A stretch of 61,498 nucleotides of DNA from an uncultured Methanosarcinales archaeon. GTDB lineage: Archaea > Nanobdellota > Nanobdellia > Woesearchaeales > ARS49. The notes under the pieces were generated by a model. That model searched no databases. It was not told the DNA's origin and saw nothing but the letters and a program-made list of their open reading frames with translations. The stretch lies in the NCBI GenBank assembly GCA_964360565.1, contig CAYHXI010000001.1, positions 1 to 61,498 on the forward strand, written 5' to 3'. The translations under genes were made by a program, and so were the position numbers. Within the stretch, counting starts at the first letter, position 1; each line of letters starts with the position of its first letter. Positions 52,753 to 61,469 of the stretch are shown piece by piece.

Positions 52753-54033
52753 TCACTTGAATACACAAGATATGTTTTTTATATCTTTCGTATTTACTGA
52801 GAGCGAATAAGTTGTGTTTAATTTTCTTTTGATGAACAGCATATATGCCAAGATAGTTAGTGAATATAGAACTGAGTGAATTATTCCTATTCCTTCTATT
52901 CCATTATTTGGAACAATCAAGTAGGAAAGAAATATTGTCATTACAAGTAACAAAATATTGTTTAGTAATATGATTCTTAGTTTATTTATTGCTATGAGAA
53001 TCGTGCTAGAATATGTTCCGAACGCCAATATCGCTCCTAAAGTCACAAATAAAAACAAGTATTTTTGAGCCCCGACATACTCTGCAAAAAATATTGGGAT
53101 AAATCCATCTAGCAAAAAATATAACGCTGCGCTTAGAAATAGAAGAGAATAAACTGCGAGTTTTAAATAGGCATCAGACAGTTTCTGAAATTTCACGAAA
53201 TCTTTTTTAAAGTAATATTCTGAAAAATACGGTAGCAAAACTTTATCTAAAGCCAGCGGAAATATTGAAAGGACAAATATGGTTATCTTAGATAAAAAAT
53301 AATAGTATCCTAACTCTTCGGGAGGTCTGTAGTTGGTTAAAAAATATATGAATACGAACACTATTGATTGGGCCAATATGGGTATTATTGTCGATTTTTT
53401 GGCAAAAGATAAAAATTTTCCATCTGAGTACTCGGGACAAATTATGTTGAAATCAACATGTTTGATTAATGCCGAAGATACTGCGAGAGAGAGGAGTGTT
53501 GCAATTAACAAACTGTATAGTGGAGAATAAATATTGTAGCCAAGCCAAAAGAAGAAAAGCACCATTAAAAAATTCGAAGTGTATAATATGGTTTCGACTA
53601 TCACAAAATAGTTTACTTTTTTTAATCCTAAAAAAGTTCCTTTAAATACTTCATAAATTGAGGTGATAAAGAATAATGCTGCAAGTAATTTGATGTATTG
53701 AGATATTTGTTGCGAGAAAACATACGAGATAAAATCTGAGAAAATGTAAATTAATATACTGAGTGCAATTCCAGATAGTATGGCCCACTTTAAACCTTTA
53801 AGATATATTGATTTTGAATTTCTCTCTGAAATAAATTTTGTAACTGTGTTAGAAATCGCTTGAGGAAATATCGTGAAAAAAAACAACACACTTAAAGCAA
53901 GACTTAAAGAACCAAAATCCTTCGGACTCAAAAACTTTGCAATAACAAAAAAAGTGAATAAATTAATCAATTTAGATAAATGAAACCAGGTTCCTAACAA
54001 ACCTATGTCTTTGATGATTTTTATTTTTTCCAT
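52753..54033 (-). CDS. Wzx-like (MOP superfamily) flippase
   Basis: 426 aa, about 12 TM segments. Confidence 0.65.
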   Translation of the reverse strand: MEKIKIIKDIGLLGTWFHLSKLINLFTFFVIAKFLSPKDFGSLSLALSVLFFFTIFPQAISNTVTKFISERNSKSIYLKGLKWAILSGIALSILIYIFSDFISYVFSQQISQYIKLLAALFFITSIYEVFKGTFLGLKKVNYFVIVETILYTSNFLMVLFFFWLGYNIYSPLYSLLIATLLSLAVSSALIKHVDFNIICPEYSDGKFLSFAKKSTIIPILAQSIVFVFIYFLTNYRPPEELGYYYFLSKITIFVLSIFPLALDKVLLPYFSEYYFKKDFVKFQKLSDAYLKLAVYSLLFLSAALYFLLDGFIPIFFAEYVGAQKYLFLFVTLGAILAFGTYSSTILIAINKLRIILLNNILLLVMTIFLSYLIVPNNGIEGIGIIHSVLYSLTILAYMLFIKRKLNTTYSLSVNTKDIKNISCVFK

Positions 54034-54041
54034 CTGATTTT

Positions 54042-56378
54042 CTACCTCTGAGTTCTATCTCCTGTTTCTATCTCAATCCAGTCTATTTCTGGAACTATGT
54101 TTTTGCCAAAAAATTTAACTTCTTGGTTTATTCCAATTATTTCAATAGGATTAGTTAATAATCTATTGTCAATTTCTATGCTACTTTCGCTAAATTGAAG
54201 CTTATCTGAGATTTGAGATATTTCTTTTGTGAAATTACCTATTTTAATTTCTATTTTTAGCGGTTGCCAAAATGTTAAATGTTTTATGTGAATAGTTGAT
54301 GTGTCAGTTGATATGTTAGTTGATATGTTTCCAGGATATGAATTATTGATTTTCAGTTTAATTTGCTGATTTAATGGCAATTTAACTGTTTTTATTCCAA
54401 TTGTTTTGCCATAAGTATAGTCTTGGACTGAGTTTTTGGCATCATTGGTATCAATAAAATCTTCTGCTTCTAAATGAACGACTTGTTTATTATTTGTTTT
54501 TTCAGTATTCAGTATCTTTGCACCGTCTTTTCTGTATAGGATATCAAATTTGTTAAGCAACTCTTTGTCGTAGTTTAAATTTTTGTTTGAATTGAGTGAT
54601 GCTGTTGAAGGCAGGTAAATTAATGAAATGTTATTTTCATCAACGATTTCTTTAATTTTATTTGGAGATTGATATTCATATAATTCAAAAGATTCGCGCA
54701 CCAATTTATTGACTGATTCTAGTTTAGTTAAGTCATGATAACTTTCTTCATAAAATAATACTTGGGAAGGTTTTTCAGTGTAAACTGGGGCGAGATATCC
54801 TGCGAAGTTATCCATATTCATTATTTTTCCTGAAAAATTATTTTGTTTCAAATACTCTAATGCTGCGAAATCTCCGGAATTAACTGCAGTATTTCTTGAC
54901 GATAATCCTGCAATTAAAGAACCGGAACCTCCACGATATATGTTCTGTAAGTTGAATGTTTCATAGTCTAAGAAAACAAATAAAGAAAAAACAAATAATA
55001 CTAGAAAAAATATGTTTGCTTGTTTTATCCTGGTTGATAAATAATAAATTCCCATTCCTGACAATAAGACTATTGGGATGGTCAATCCAGTCCACATTAT
55101 TATATTTAATGGGTAAATGTGAAGCAATGGCTTGACTAAATAATGTATGAATTGATGATTTTGAATGTACAAAAACCCAGTAAAAAAAAACAAAGCTAAT
55201 TTAATTGTTTTATCTATCTTAATGAAATATAGTGTTATAATTCCAAATAGAGACAGTATTAAAGAGATATTTCCTACAAATAAAGAAATATAGCTAATAT
55301 CTTTAGCTCTTGATTCTCCATTTATTTTGTCAATCCACATTTGTTCGGTCCAAAAATCGGTTACTTTATGACTATTGCTCAACGCGTAGTATAAATATGG
55401 TGATGCAACAAGGAATATTATGAAGAATACTGCAGAAAAATCAAGAAAAGTTTTCTTTTTAGCAATAACCGCAAATCTAGAGATAAACAAAGCCAACATA
55501 AACCATGAAAATACAATAAATATATCTGCATGACTTAGCAATATTCCTCCTGAGAAAAATCCTGCGAACAACAACTGACTTTTATTATTTGTTTCTAAAT
55601 ATTTAAAAAAGAAAATAATAAATAATAGAAAAAAGTTCGTAGCTAATAAAAATGAATAAGTAGAGCCTCCGATAACTGCATTTTTTAATGTTGCAATAAT
55701 CATTGCTGCAAGTAAAAAACTGAGAGCCATGTTTTTATTTTGAAAGTTAATCACTCCTATCAAATAGAACAATCCATAAATAAAGAATGCAACTAAAGGA
55801 AAAATAAACATCATTAATTTATTTATGTTAACATTAATTAAATTAGAGAAAAAAACAGTTAAACTCGGAACTAATGGAGGATAATAGTTTTCAATGTTGT
55901 AAAACGGCAGAACAAATTCTCCTGTTTGCTTAATTCCTAGAGCAAAAATATCATAATCTCTTGTAAAACCATAATCGATTAGTAACGGTGGTATTAAGTA
56001 GTACAGAAATAAAAAAGAGAACACTGCATAAGTAATCACAGAATAAAAATCGATTTTTCTGGAATCTGCGTTTATTTTTTTTTTAGAAAGTGTTTTTTTT
56101 AAATGTACTATGATTGTGTGTGTGTTAAATGCCAATAAAAATACAGTGAAAAGAGAAAATGGAATTTTTAACAGGATTGAGAAATAGTATAATATACTCA
56201 ACGCAGATAAACCACAACTAATAGAGAATAAAAAACTGAATCTTTCAGTATTTATCAAGCATTTATTTTTGATATAATTTCCGAGAGGATATGCAAAAAT
56301 AATCAGATAAAAATAAAACAAAAATAAACTAACTATATTCTGAGAAGAAATATTTATTATTGAATTAATAAAGCCCAT
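54042..56378 (-). CDS. large polytopic membrane protein with ~280-aa C-terminal extracytoplasmic domain (GT-C-like; not recognisably AglB/STT3)
   Basis: 778 aa. The N-terminal ~480 aa are multi-TM. No WWDYG motif seen. Confidence 0.5.
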   Translation of the reverse strand: MGFINSIINISSQNIVSLFLFYFYLIIFAYPLGNYIKNKCLINTERFSFLFSISCGLSALSILYYFSILLKIPFSLFTVFLLAFNTHTIIVHLKKTLSKKKINADSRKIDFYSVITYAVFSFLFLYYLIPPLLIDYGFTRDYDIFALGIKQTGEFVLPFYNIENYYPPLVPSLTVFFSNLINVNINKLMMFIFPLVAFFIYGLFYLIGVINFQNKNMALSFLLAAMIIATLKNAVIGGSTYSFLLATNFFLLFIIFFFKYLETNNKSQLLFAGFFSGGILLSHADIFIVFSWFMLALFISRFAVIAKKKTFLDFSAVFFIIFLVASPYLYYALSNSHKVTDFWTEQMWIDKINGESRAKDISYISLFVGNISLILSLFGIITLYFIKIDKTIKLALFFFTGFLYIQNHQFIHYLVKPLLHIYPLNIIMWTGLTIPIVLLSGMGIYYLSTRIKQANIFFLVLFVFSLFVFLDYETFNLQNIYRGGSGSLIAGLSSRNTAVNSGDFAALEYLKQNNFSGKIMNMDNFAGYLAPVYTEKPSQVLFYEESYHDLTKLESVNKLVRESFELYEYQSPNKIKEIVDENNISLIYLPSTASLNSNKNLNYDKELLNKFDILYRKDGAKILNTEKTNNKQVVHLEAEDFIDTNDAKNSVQDYTYGKTIGIKTVKLPLNQQIKLKINNSYPGNISTNISTDTSTIHIKHLTFWQPLKIEIKIGNFTKEISQISDKLQFSESSIEIDNRLLTNPIEIIGINQEVKFFGKNIVPEIDWIEIETGDRTQR

Positions 56379-56382
56379 AAAA

Positions 56383-58308
56383 TCACATCTCCACCCTAAC
56401 TACATCTCTATCTATTTTGCCAATGGCGTAATCGATTTTGTCAGATAGATTTCTGTCTTTTGTCGCTCGTTTTATCTGTTTCATTATATCTATCATTCTT
56501 CTGAAAAATCTTATTATGTCTCCTTCTTCATAATTGCAGAGCTCTAAAAGCTCTTCGAAGCTTCCTTCGCTCGTCCAATGTAGCACAGTTCTTATCATTC
56601 TAAGAAGACTAGTTCTATTTATTTTTTTTGCAACGTATTGGTTGCATTCTAATTTTTTTATTAATTGCTCATATGTTTGTTTTGCTTTTCTAGTGCTGAA
56701 ATAGTCTGAACCTTTCGGTTCGTAAACTATAGATGCAACTACAACAAGCAATTCATCTACGCTGAAACTTTTGTATAATTCTGTACTGAAAATTTCTGAC
56801 ACTAATATTTCTTCATAATATATGTGCAAGCTAAATTTTCCTTTATTAGTTAAAGTTAAATCATCAGTTATGTATCCTAGCTTTTGCAGAGTATCTACTC
56901 TATTGTGAAATGTTGACATTATTCTTACGCTCGGACTTTCTTTCTTTTTTAAGAAATAATCAAAATTGCTTTTCAGAATTATTTCTCTTTCCTCAGGAGT
57001 GTGAGAATTGATTAGGTGAAGCACAGTATTGTAAATCAACCTGAATTGAGAGATTATTGGTTCTATATCTTTTGCAGTGAAGTGCTCCACTTTTTCAAAA
57101 TTAGTATAGTGCCTGTCAACAATGGCAAAAACATAGCCTATTTCATCAATTCCTCGTCTTCCTGCTCTTCCAGCCAGCTGAAAATATTCTTTTGAATTAA
57201 GATATCTAAAACTAAAGCCGTCGAATTTTTCCAACCCTCCAAAACAAACACTTTTTGCAGGCATATTTATTCCAACTGCAAAGGTTTCTGTTGCATACAA
57301 AACTTTGATTAATCCCTTGGCAAACAAATCTTCAACAATATCTTTCAATATTGGAAGAAGTCCTGCATGATGATATGCAATTCCTCTCGGAAGCACTTCT
57401 CTAATTCTTCTTACGGACTCGAGATTTCTAAGCTCTTCAGGAACTCGACTTCTAATGAAGCTAATAATTTCCGATTTTTGTTCTGGCGAAGTAAAATCAA
57501 ATCTTTGTGCAAGTTCTCTCGCATGAATTTCGCAGTTTTTCCTGCTGAAATAAAAAAATATTGCCGGAAGTTTGTCTTTTATTTCTCTTATTAAATCAAG
57601 ATGTATTTTAGGATCCAACCCTTGCGACCTTTCATGGTCTCTTCCTCTGCCTCTTCTTACTCGGAATATGGATTCTTCAGGAATCTTCATATTCTCTTTA
57701 AGCTCAGCTAATGTTGCTATTCCAAGCATTTTATCATATACAAAGTGCTGAAGTGGAACTGCCCTTTTTTCGTACTTTACAACATCCACTGTGTGTTTTT
57801 TTATCGAAGCAATCCAGTTTGCGAATTCTTCTGCATTCGGAATTGTTGCAGATAAGCAAATAAATCTAATGTGTTCAGGAGCAAAAATTAATGATTCTTC
57901 CCACACAGTTCCTCTTTCAATATCGCTCAAAAAATGAATTTCGTCAAAAACAACGTATGTAACTTCATCTATTTGAGGGTCTTTTGCAAGAAGCATATTT
58001 CTAAAAATTTCAGTAGTCATTATAAGCAAAGGCGCCCTGTCATTTATTACAACATCTCCAGTTAGCATTCCAACCATTTCTGCTCCAAAAGCTGCCTTAA
58101 AATCCTTATACTTCTGATTAGAGAGTGCCTTTATTGGAGCGGTGTAAATTATTTTTTTATCCAAAGGAAGATATTTTGTTATAACATAGTCTGCAATAAG
58201 AGTTTTTCCAGTTCCAGTTGCTGCGCTAACTATGACTGAATGATTCTTTTCTATAGAATTGATAGCATCTATTTGAAATTGGTCTAGTGTAAAATTCTTG
58301 AATTGCAT
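56383..58308 (-). CDS. Ski2-like DExH-box helicase
   Basis: Motif I AATGTGKT, motif II DEIH, motif III SAT, motif VI QLAGRAGRRG, plus a C-terminal helical domain. Confidence 0.85.
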   Translation of the reverse strand: MQFKNFTLDQFQIDAINSIEKNHSVIVSAATGTGKTLIADYVITKYLPLDKKIIYTAPIKALSNQKYKDFKAAFGAEMVGMLTGDVVINDRAPLLIMTTEIFRNMLLAKDPQIDEVTYVVFDEIHFLSDIERGTVWEESLIFAPEHIRFICLSATIPNAEEFANWIASIKKHTVDVVKYEKRAVPLQHFVYDKMLGIATLAELKENMKIPEESIFRVRRGRGRDHERSQGLDPKIHLDLIREIKDKLPAIFFYFSRKNCEIHARELAQRFDFTSPEQKSEIISFIRSRVPEELRNLESVRRIREVLPRGIAYHHAGLLPILKDIVEDLFAKGLIKVLYATETFAVGINMPAKSVCFGGLEKFDGFSFRYLNSKEYFQLAGRAGRRGIDEIGYVFAIVDRHYTNFEKVEHFTAKDIEPIISQFRLIYNTVLHLINSHTPEEREIILKSNFDYFLKKKESPSVRIMSTFHNRVDTLQKLGYITDDLTLTNKGKFSLHIYYEEILVSEIFSTELYKSFSVDELLVVVASIVYEPKGSDYFSTRKAKQTYEQLIKKLECNQYVAKKINRTSLLRMIRTVLHWTSEGSFEELLELCNYEEGDIIRFFRRMIDIMKQIKRATKDRNLSDKIDYAIGKIDRDVVRVEM

Positions 58309-58309
58309 A

Positions 58310-58355
58310 TTATTTCCGAACTCACTTCGCTGCGCTCAGTTCATTCAGGAAATAA
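58310..58355. repeat. hairpin H4a abutting the helicase start codon
   Basis: TTATTTCC (58310-58317) pairs with GGAAATAA (58348-58355); inner GAACT pairs with AGTTC. Confidence 0.6.
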
Positions 58356-58388
58356 TAGTGTGGAAAAGCTTTTAAAACTTACCATCAT

Positions 58389-58432
58389 TAATTTTGCTGA
58401 ACGAACACTCAAAGTGTGAGTTCGCAAAATTA
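58389..58432. repeat. hairpin repeat H4b, ending 2 nt before the GT2 ATG
   Basis: TAATTTTGC (58389-58397) pairs with GCAAAATTA (58424-58432). Contains GTGAGTTCGCAA (58416-58427), identical to H1. Confidence 0.7.
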
Positions 58433-58434
58433 AA

Positions 58435-59142
58435 ATGAAACTATCAATAATTATTCCAGTCTACAACGAAGCAAACACTATAAAAGAGGTTCTTGATAGA
58501 GTTAATAATGTTGATTTATCAAGTTTAGGACTTAAAAAAGAAATCGTTGTAGTTGATGATGGAAGCAAAGATGGAACTCAAAATGTTCTGCTGGCGAACG
58601 CCCACGCTTATGCCAAGCTGATAATTCATGAAGTCAACAAAGGAAAAGGAAGCGCAATAAGAACAGGAATTGCGAATTCAACTGGAGACATAATCTTAAT
58701 TCAAGATGCAGATTTAGAATACAATCCTGACGAATACATTACAGTATTAACTCCAATCATTCACAAAAAAGCAGAAGTAGTATACGGCTCAAGATTTTTA
58801 TCACAGCCGCATTCAAGCAAACAAAAATGGGCAATACCCTCTCATTATTTAGGAAACAAATTTTTATCTATGTTAACTTCTCTTCTTTATTTCGAACCGA
58901 TAAGCGACATGGAAACATGCTACAAAGCATTCAAAAAAGAAGCACTTAATGGAATAACTCTTAAAGCAGAGCGTTTTGAATTCGAACCTGAAATTACTGC
59001 AAAAATACTTAAGAAAGGAATAAGAATTCTTGAAGTTCCAATCTCATACAAATCACGAGATTACAAAGAAGGCAAAAAGATTAAATGGAGTGATGGATTA
59101 ATTGCAGTGTGGACGTTGATTAAGTATAGGTTTGTGAATTAG
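58435..59142 (+). CDS. GT2 glycosyltransferase, dolichyl/polyprenyl-phosphate sugar synthase-like
   Basis: Paralog of 16848-17561. Shared blocks SIIIPVYNE, VVDDGSKD, GKGSAIRTG, LIQDADLE, AEVVYGSR, RFEF and EVPISY. Confidence 0.85.
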   Translation: MKLSIIIPVYNEANTIKEVLDRVNNVDLSSLGLKKEIVVVDDGSKDGTQNVLLANAHAYAKLIIHEVNKGKGSAIRTGIANSTGDIILIQDADLEYNPDEYITVLTPIIHKKAEVVYGSRFLSQPHSSKQKWAIPSHYLGNKFLSMLTSLLYFEPISDMETCYKAFKKEALNGITLKAERFEFEPEITAKILKKGIRILEVPISYKSRDYKEGKKIKWSDGLIAVWTLIKYRFVN

Positions 59143-59243
59143 TTAGTGGTTAGTAGCGGGTGGTCGGTAGTCTGTTGATAACTATTTACTGCTTACCACA
59201 GACTACTTCCAACTAACTACTGACTACTCACTACCAGCTACAT
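59140..59243. repeat. GT/AC-word palindromic element, copy E3
   Basis: GTAGTCTGT (59167-59175) pairs with ACAGACTAC (59198-59206). Contains GTGGTCGGTAG (59160-59170, reverse complement of the shared 11-mer) and TGACTACTCACTAC (59221-59234). Confidence 0.75.
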
Positions 59244-59278
59244 ACTAATTTAAAAACATCCCTCTCCAATTCTCACAT

Positions 59279-60310
59279 ATGAACTTTCAAAATCTAAAAA
59301 ACGTCGAAGGCCCTCAATTTTATCTAGATTTAGCGTTCCATAGAGCAAGCCGGCAAACTTCTGAATTAAGAGGAAAACTTAAAGGAGGCGGGGCATCATC
59401 ACTGCAGAAAGCAAGAACATTCGAATTTGAAAGAGTTAATATTGTTTATATGACTTTAAGAGAATCTTTTAGAGAAATATTGAAAGGATTCCCTCGTCTT
59501 GAAAGCTTAGACCCTTTTTATCTAGAGCTCGTTAAATGTACAATTGATTATGACCAAGTAAAACTTTCTTTAGGAGGAGTGACTTGGTTTATACAACAGT
59601 TAGATAAAATTTATATCGAGTCTAAAATAAAAATAAAGAGCTGTAAAGATATTGGCACAATAAGCAGATATAGAATAGAGTTCTACGGCAGAATTTCTTC
59701 TTTCGTAAAACAAATAAAAGACCGTTTAGAATATTTGGAAGTTGCTAGAAAAAAAATGAAAGAGTTTCCTCCTGTAAAAACATCTATTCCAACAATTGTT
59801 ATTGCAGGATTTCCAAATGTTGGAAAAACAACTTTGCTGAGAGCATTAACCGGCTCTGAACCGAAAATCGCAGATTATCCTTTCACCACTCAAAAACTAA
59901 TGATTGGATATAATATAGACAAAACTTTGCAGTTCATAGATACTCCAGGTCTTCTAGATAGGCCTTTGCAGAAGAGAAATAAAATAGAATTACAAGCAAT
60001 ACTTGCATTAAAATATTTGGCCAAAGTAATATTTTTCGTATTCGACCCGACTGAAACATGCGGATATACTTGGGAAGAGCAGAAAAATCTTCTTTCAGAT
60101 ATTCAGAAAAATTTTGATGCTGAAATACAAATAGTATTCAACAAAACTGACATCGCTGAAAAAGAAATTGTTGAGAAAAGAAAGAAAGAATTCGACAATG
60201 TGGTTGTAATAAGTGCTGAAAAAAATACGGGAACTGATGAATTAAATAAAATTGTAGAAAAATTCATAGAAATTGAAGTAAAAGAAAAAGAAATGGATGA
60301 AGTGGAATAA
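59279..60310 (+). CDS. NOG1-family GTPase (archaeal/eukaryotic type)
   Basis: NOG1-like N-terminal domain, then G1 GFPNVGKTT, G3 DTPG and G4 NKTD. TATA-like box 59248-59256 lies 22 nt before the ATG. Confidence 0.85.
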   Translation: MNFQNLKNVEGPQFYLDLAFHRASRQTSELRGKLKGGGASSLQKARTFEFERVNIVYMTLRESFREILKGFPRLESLDPFYLELVKCTIDYDQVKLSLGGVTWFIQQLDKIYIESKIKIKSCKDIGTISRYRIEFYGRISSFVKQIKDRLEYLEVARKKMKEFPPVKTSIPTIVIAGFPNVGKTTLLRALTGSEPKIADYPFTTQKLMIGYNIDKTLQFIDTPGLLDRPLQKRNKIELQAILALKYLAKVIFFVFDPTETCGYTWEEQKNLLSDIQKNFDAEIQIVFNKTDIAEKEIVEKRKKEFDNVVVISAEKNTGTDELNKIVEKFIEIEVKEKEMDEVE

Positions 60311-61350
60311 TGCTAAGCATAGTTGCAAACACTGGACGAGAAGTATCTGGAATACAAAATTACTCTGATTTTTTGATTAAAGAATTAGATAAAAGAAAAA
60401 TTAAGCATTCTTTGATAAATCCTTCTGAAGAGAATAAGTTGTTGAAAAAAGTAATTTCATTGTTAGGTTTCAACAGCGAAAAAATATTGAGCGATTTCCC
60501 AATCTTTTTGAAAATTCCTAAAATAGGCACAACTCATTTCACGAGCCAACAACAAGCAATTGCGCTTTTATTCTCCAAACAGACAAAATCAATCGTAACA
60601 GTTCATGATATTATTCCTTTAGCTACAAACATGTATGCCTCGTTCTTTGAAAAAATATTGTACTATTTATCTTACAAAGGATTAAAAAAAGCAGATTGTA
60701 TCATTGCAGATTCACAGAGCACTAAAAATGATTTAATTCATTATTTGAAAATCGAAAGCAAAAAGATAACAATAGTTCCTCTAGGAGTTAACCTTGAAAT
60801 TTATAAAACATCAAAAGCAAATAGGGAGAAAAACACAGTTTTGTACGTCGGAAGTGAAATGCCACGCAAAAATCTAAAAATTCTTTTTGAAGCGATTGCA
60901 ATAGTAAAAAAGAAAATTCCAGATATCAAATTAATTAAAGTTGGAGTTTCTCAGTGGAAGAACGCCCGCGAAGAATTAATACTTCTTGCTTCCAAATTAG
61001 GAATTTCAAATAATGTTGTTTTCAAAGACCACTCAGATAATCTGGCAGAAGAATACAACAAATGCACAATTTTTGTTTTTCCTTCACTTTACGAAGGATT
61101 TGGACTTCCTTTGCTTGAAGCGATGGCCTGCGGATGCGCAATTGTATGTAGTGATAGAACTTCACTTCCAGAAATTGCGGGAGATACTGTGAAATATTTT
61201 GAACCAGAGGATAAAAATGAACTTGCTGTTGAAATTTATGCTCTACTAAAAAACGAACTTCTTAGAAAAGAACTTAGTTTGAAAGCCCACAAAAGAGCGC
61301 AGGAATTCAGCTGGGCTAAAACTGCAGAGAGAACAATTAGAGTTTACTAA
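60310..61350 (+). CDS. GT4-family glycosyltransferase
   Basis: EGFGLPLLEAMACGCAIVCS. The start overlaps the NOG1 stop (TAATG). Confidence 0.85.
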   Translation: MLSIVANTGREVSGIQNYSDFLIKELDKRKIKHSLINPSEENKLLKKVISLLGFNSEKILSDFPIFLKIPKIGTTHFTSQQQAIALLFSKQTKSIVTVHDIIPLATNMYASFFEKILYYLSYKGLKKADCIIADSQSTKNDLIHYLKIESKKITIVPLGVNLEIYKTSKANREKNTVLYVGSEMPRKNLKILFEAIAIVKKKIPDIKLIKVGVSQWKNAREELILLASKLGISNNVVFKDHSDNLAEEYNKCTIFVFPSLYEGFGLPLLEAMACGCAIVCSDRTSLPEIAGDTVKYFEPEDKNELAVEIYALLKNELLRKELSLKAHKRAQEFSWAKTAERTIRVY

Positions 61351-61385
61351 TTAAACACTTAGATACTGAAGAATAGAATAATATG

Positions 61386-61469
61386 TCAAGAACCACCAGT
61401 CAAAGACTGGTGGCATGTGAGAGGCAATCTGCCTCGAACTTCAACACCGAACAACTAGTGGTTCTTGAG
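61386..61469 (+). ncRNA. GC-rich nested stem-loop element, candidate small structured RNA of unknown class
   Basis: Outer stem TCAAGAACCAC (61386-61396) pairs with GTGGTTCTTGA (61459-61469). Inner hairpins are CCACCAGTC-aaa-GACTGGTGG (61393-61413, competing with the outer stem for CCAC) and GAGGCA-atc-TGCCTC (61421-61435). Confidence 0.3.

Noticed and set aside
54042-56378. AglB/STT3 oligosaccharyltransferase
   Set aside because: The size and topology fit, but I found no WWDYG-type motif or any other STT3 signature by eye, so it is kept as generic GT-C-like.
5205-57594. Remaining short antisense track ORFs inside annotated genes (for example 5205-5447, 6995-7261, 8133-8315, 13014-13199, 19742-19930, 22403-22666, 23086-23751, 24583-24899, 26780-27475, 32917-33126, 37250-37564, 38870-39085, 40463-40678, 41993-42217, 44725-44976, 47470-47917, 49932-50243, 52598-52810, 53333-53530, 57367-57594)
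   Set aside because: For the same reason: each is embedded in or opposite a motif-supported gene and is typical of chance ORFs in AT-rich DNA.
59140-59243. C/D-box sRNA interpretation of the E elements
   Set aside because: CTGA words are present, but there is no RUGAUGA C box and no terminal kink-turn arrangement.
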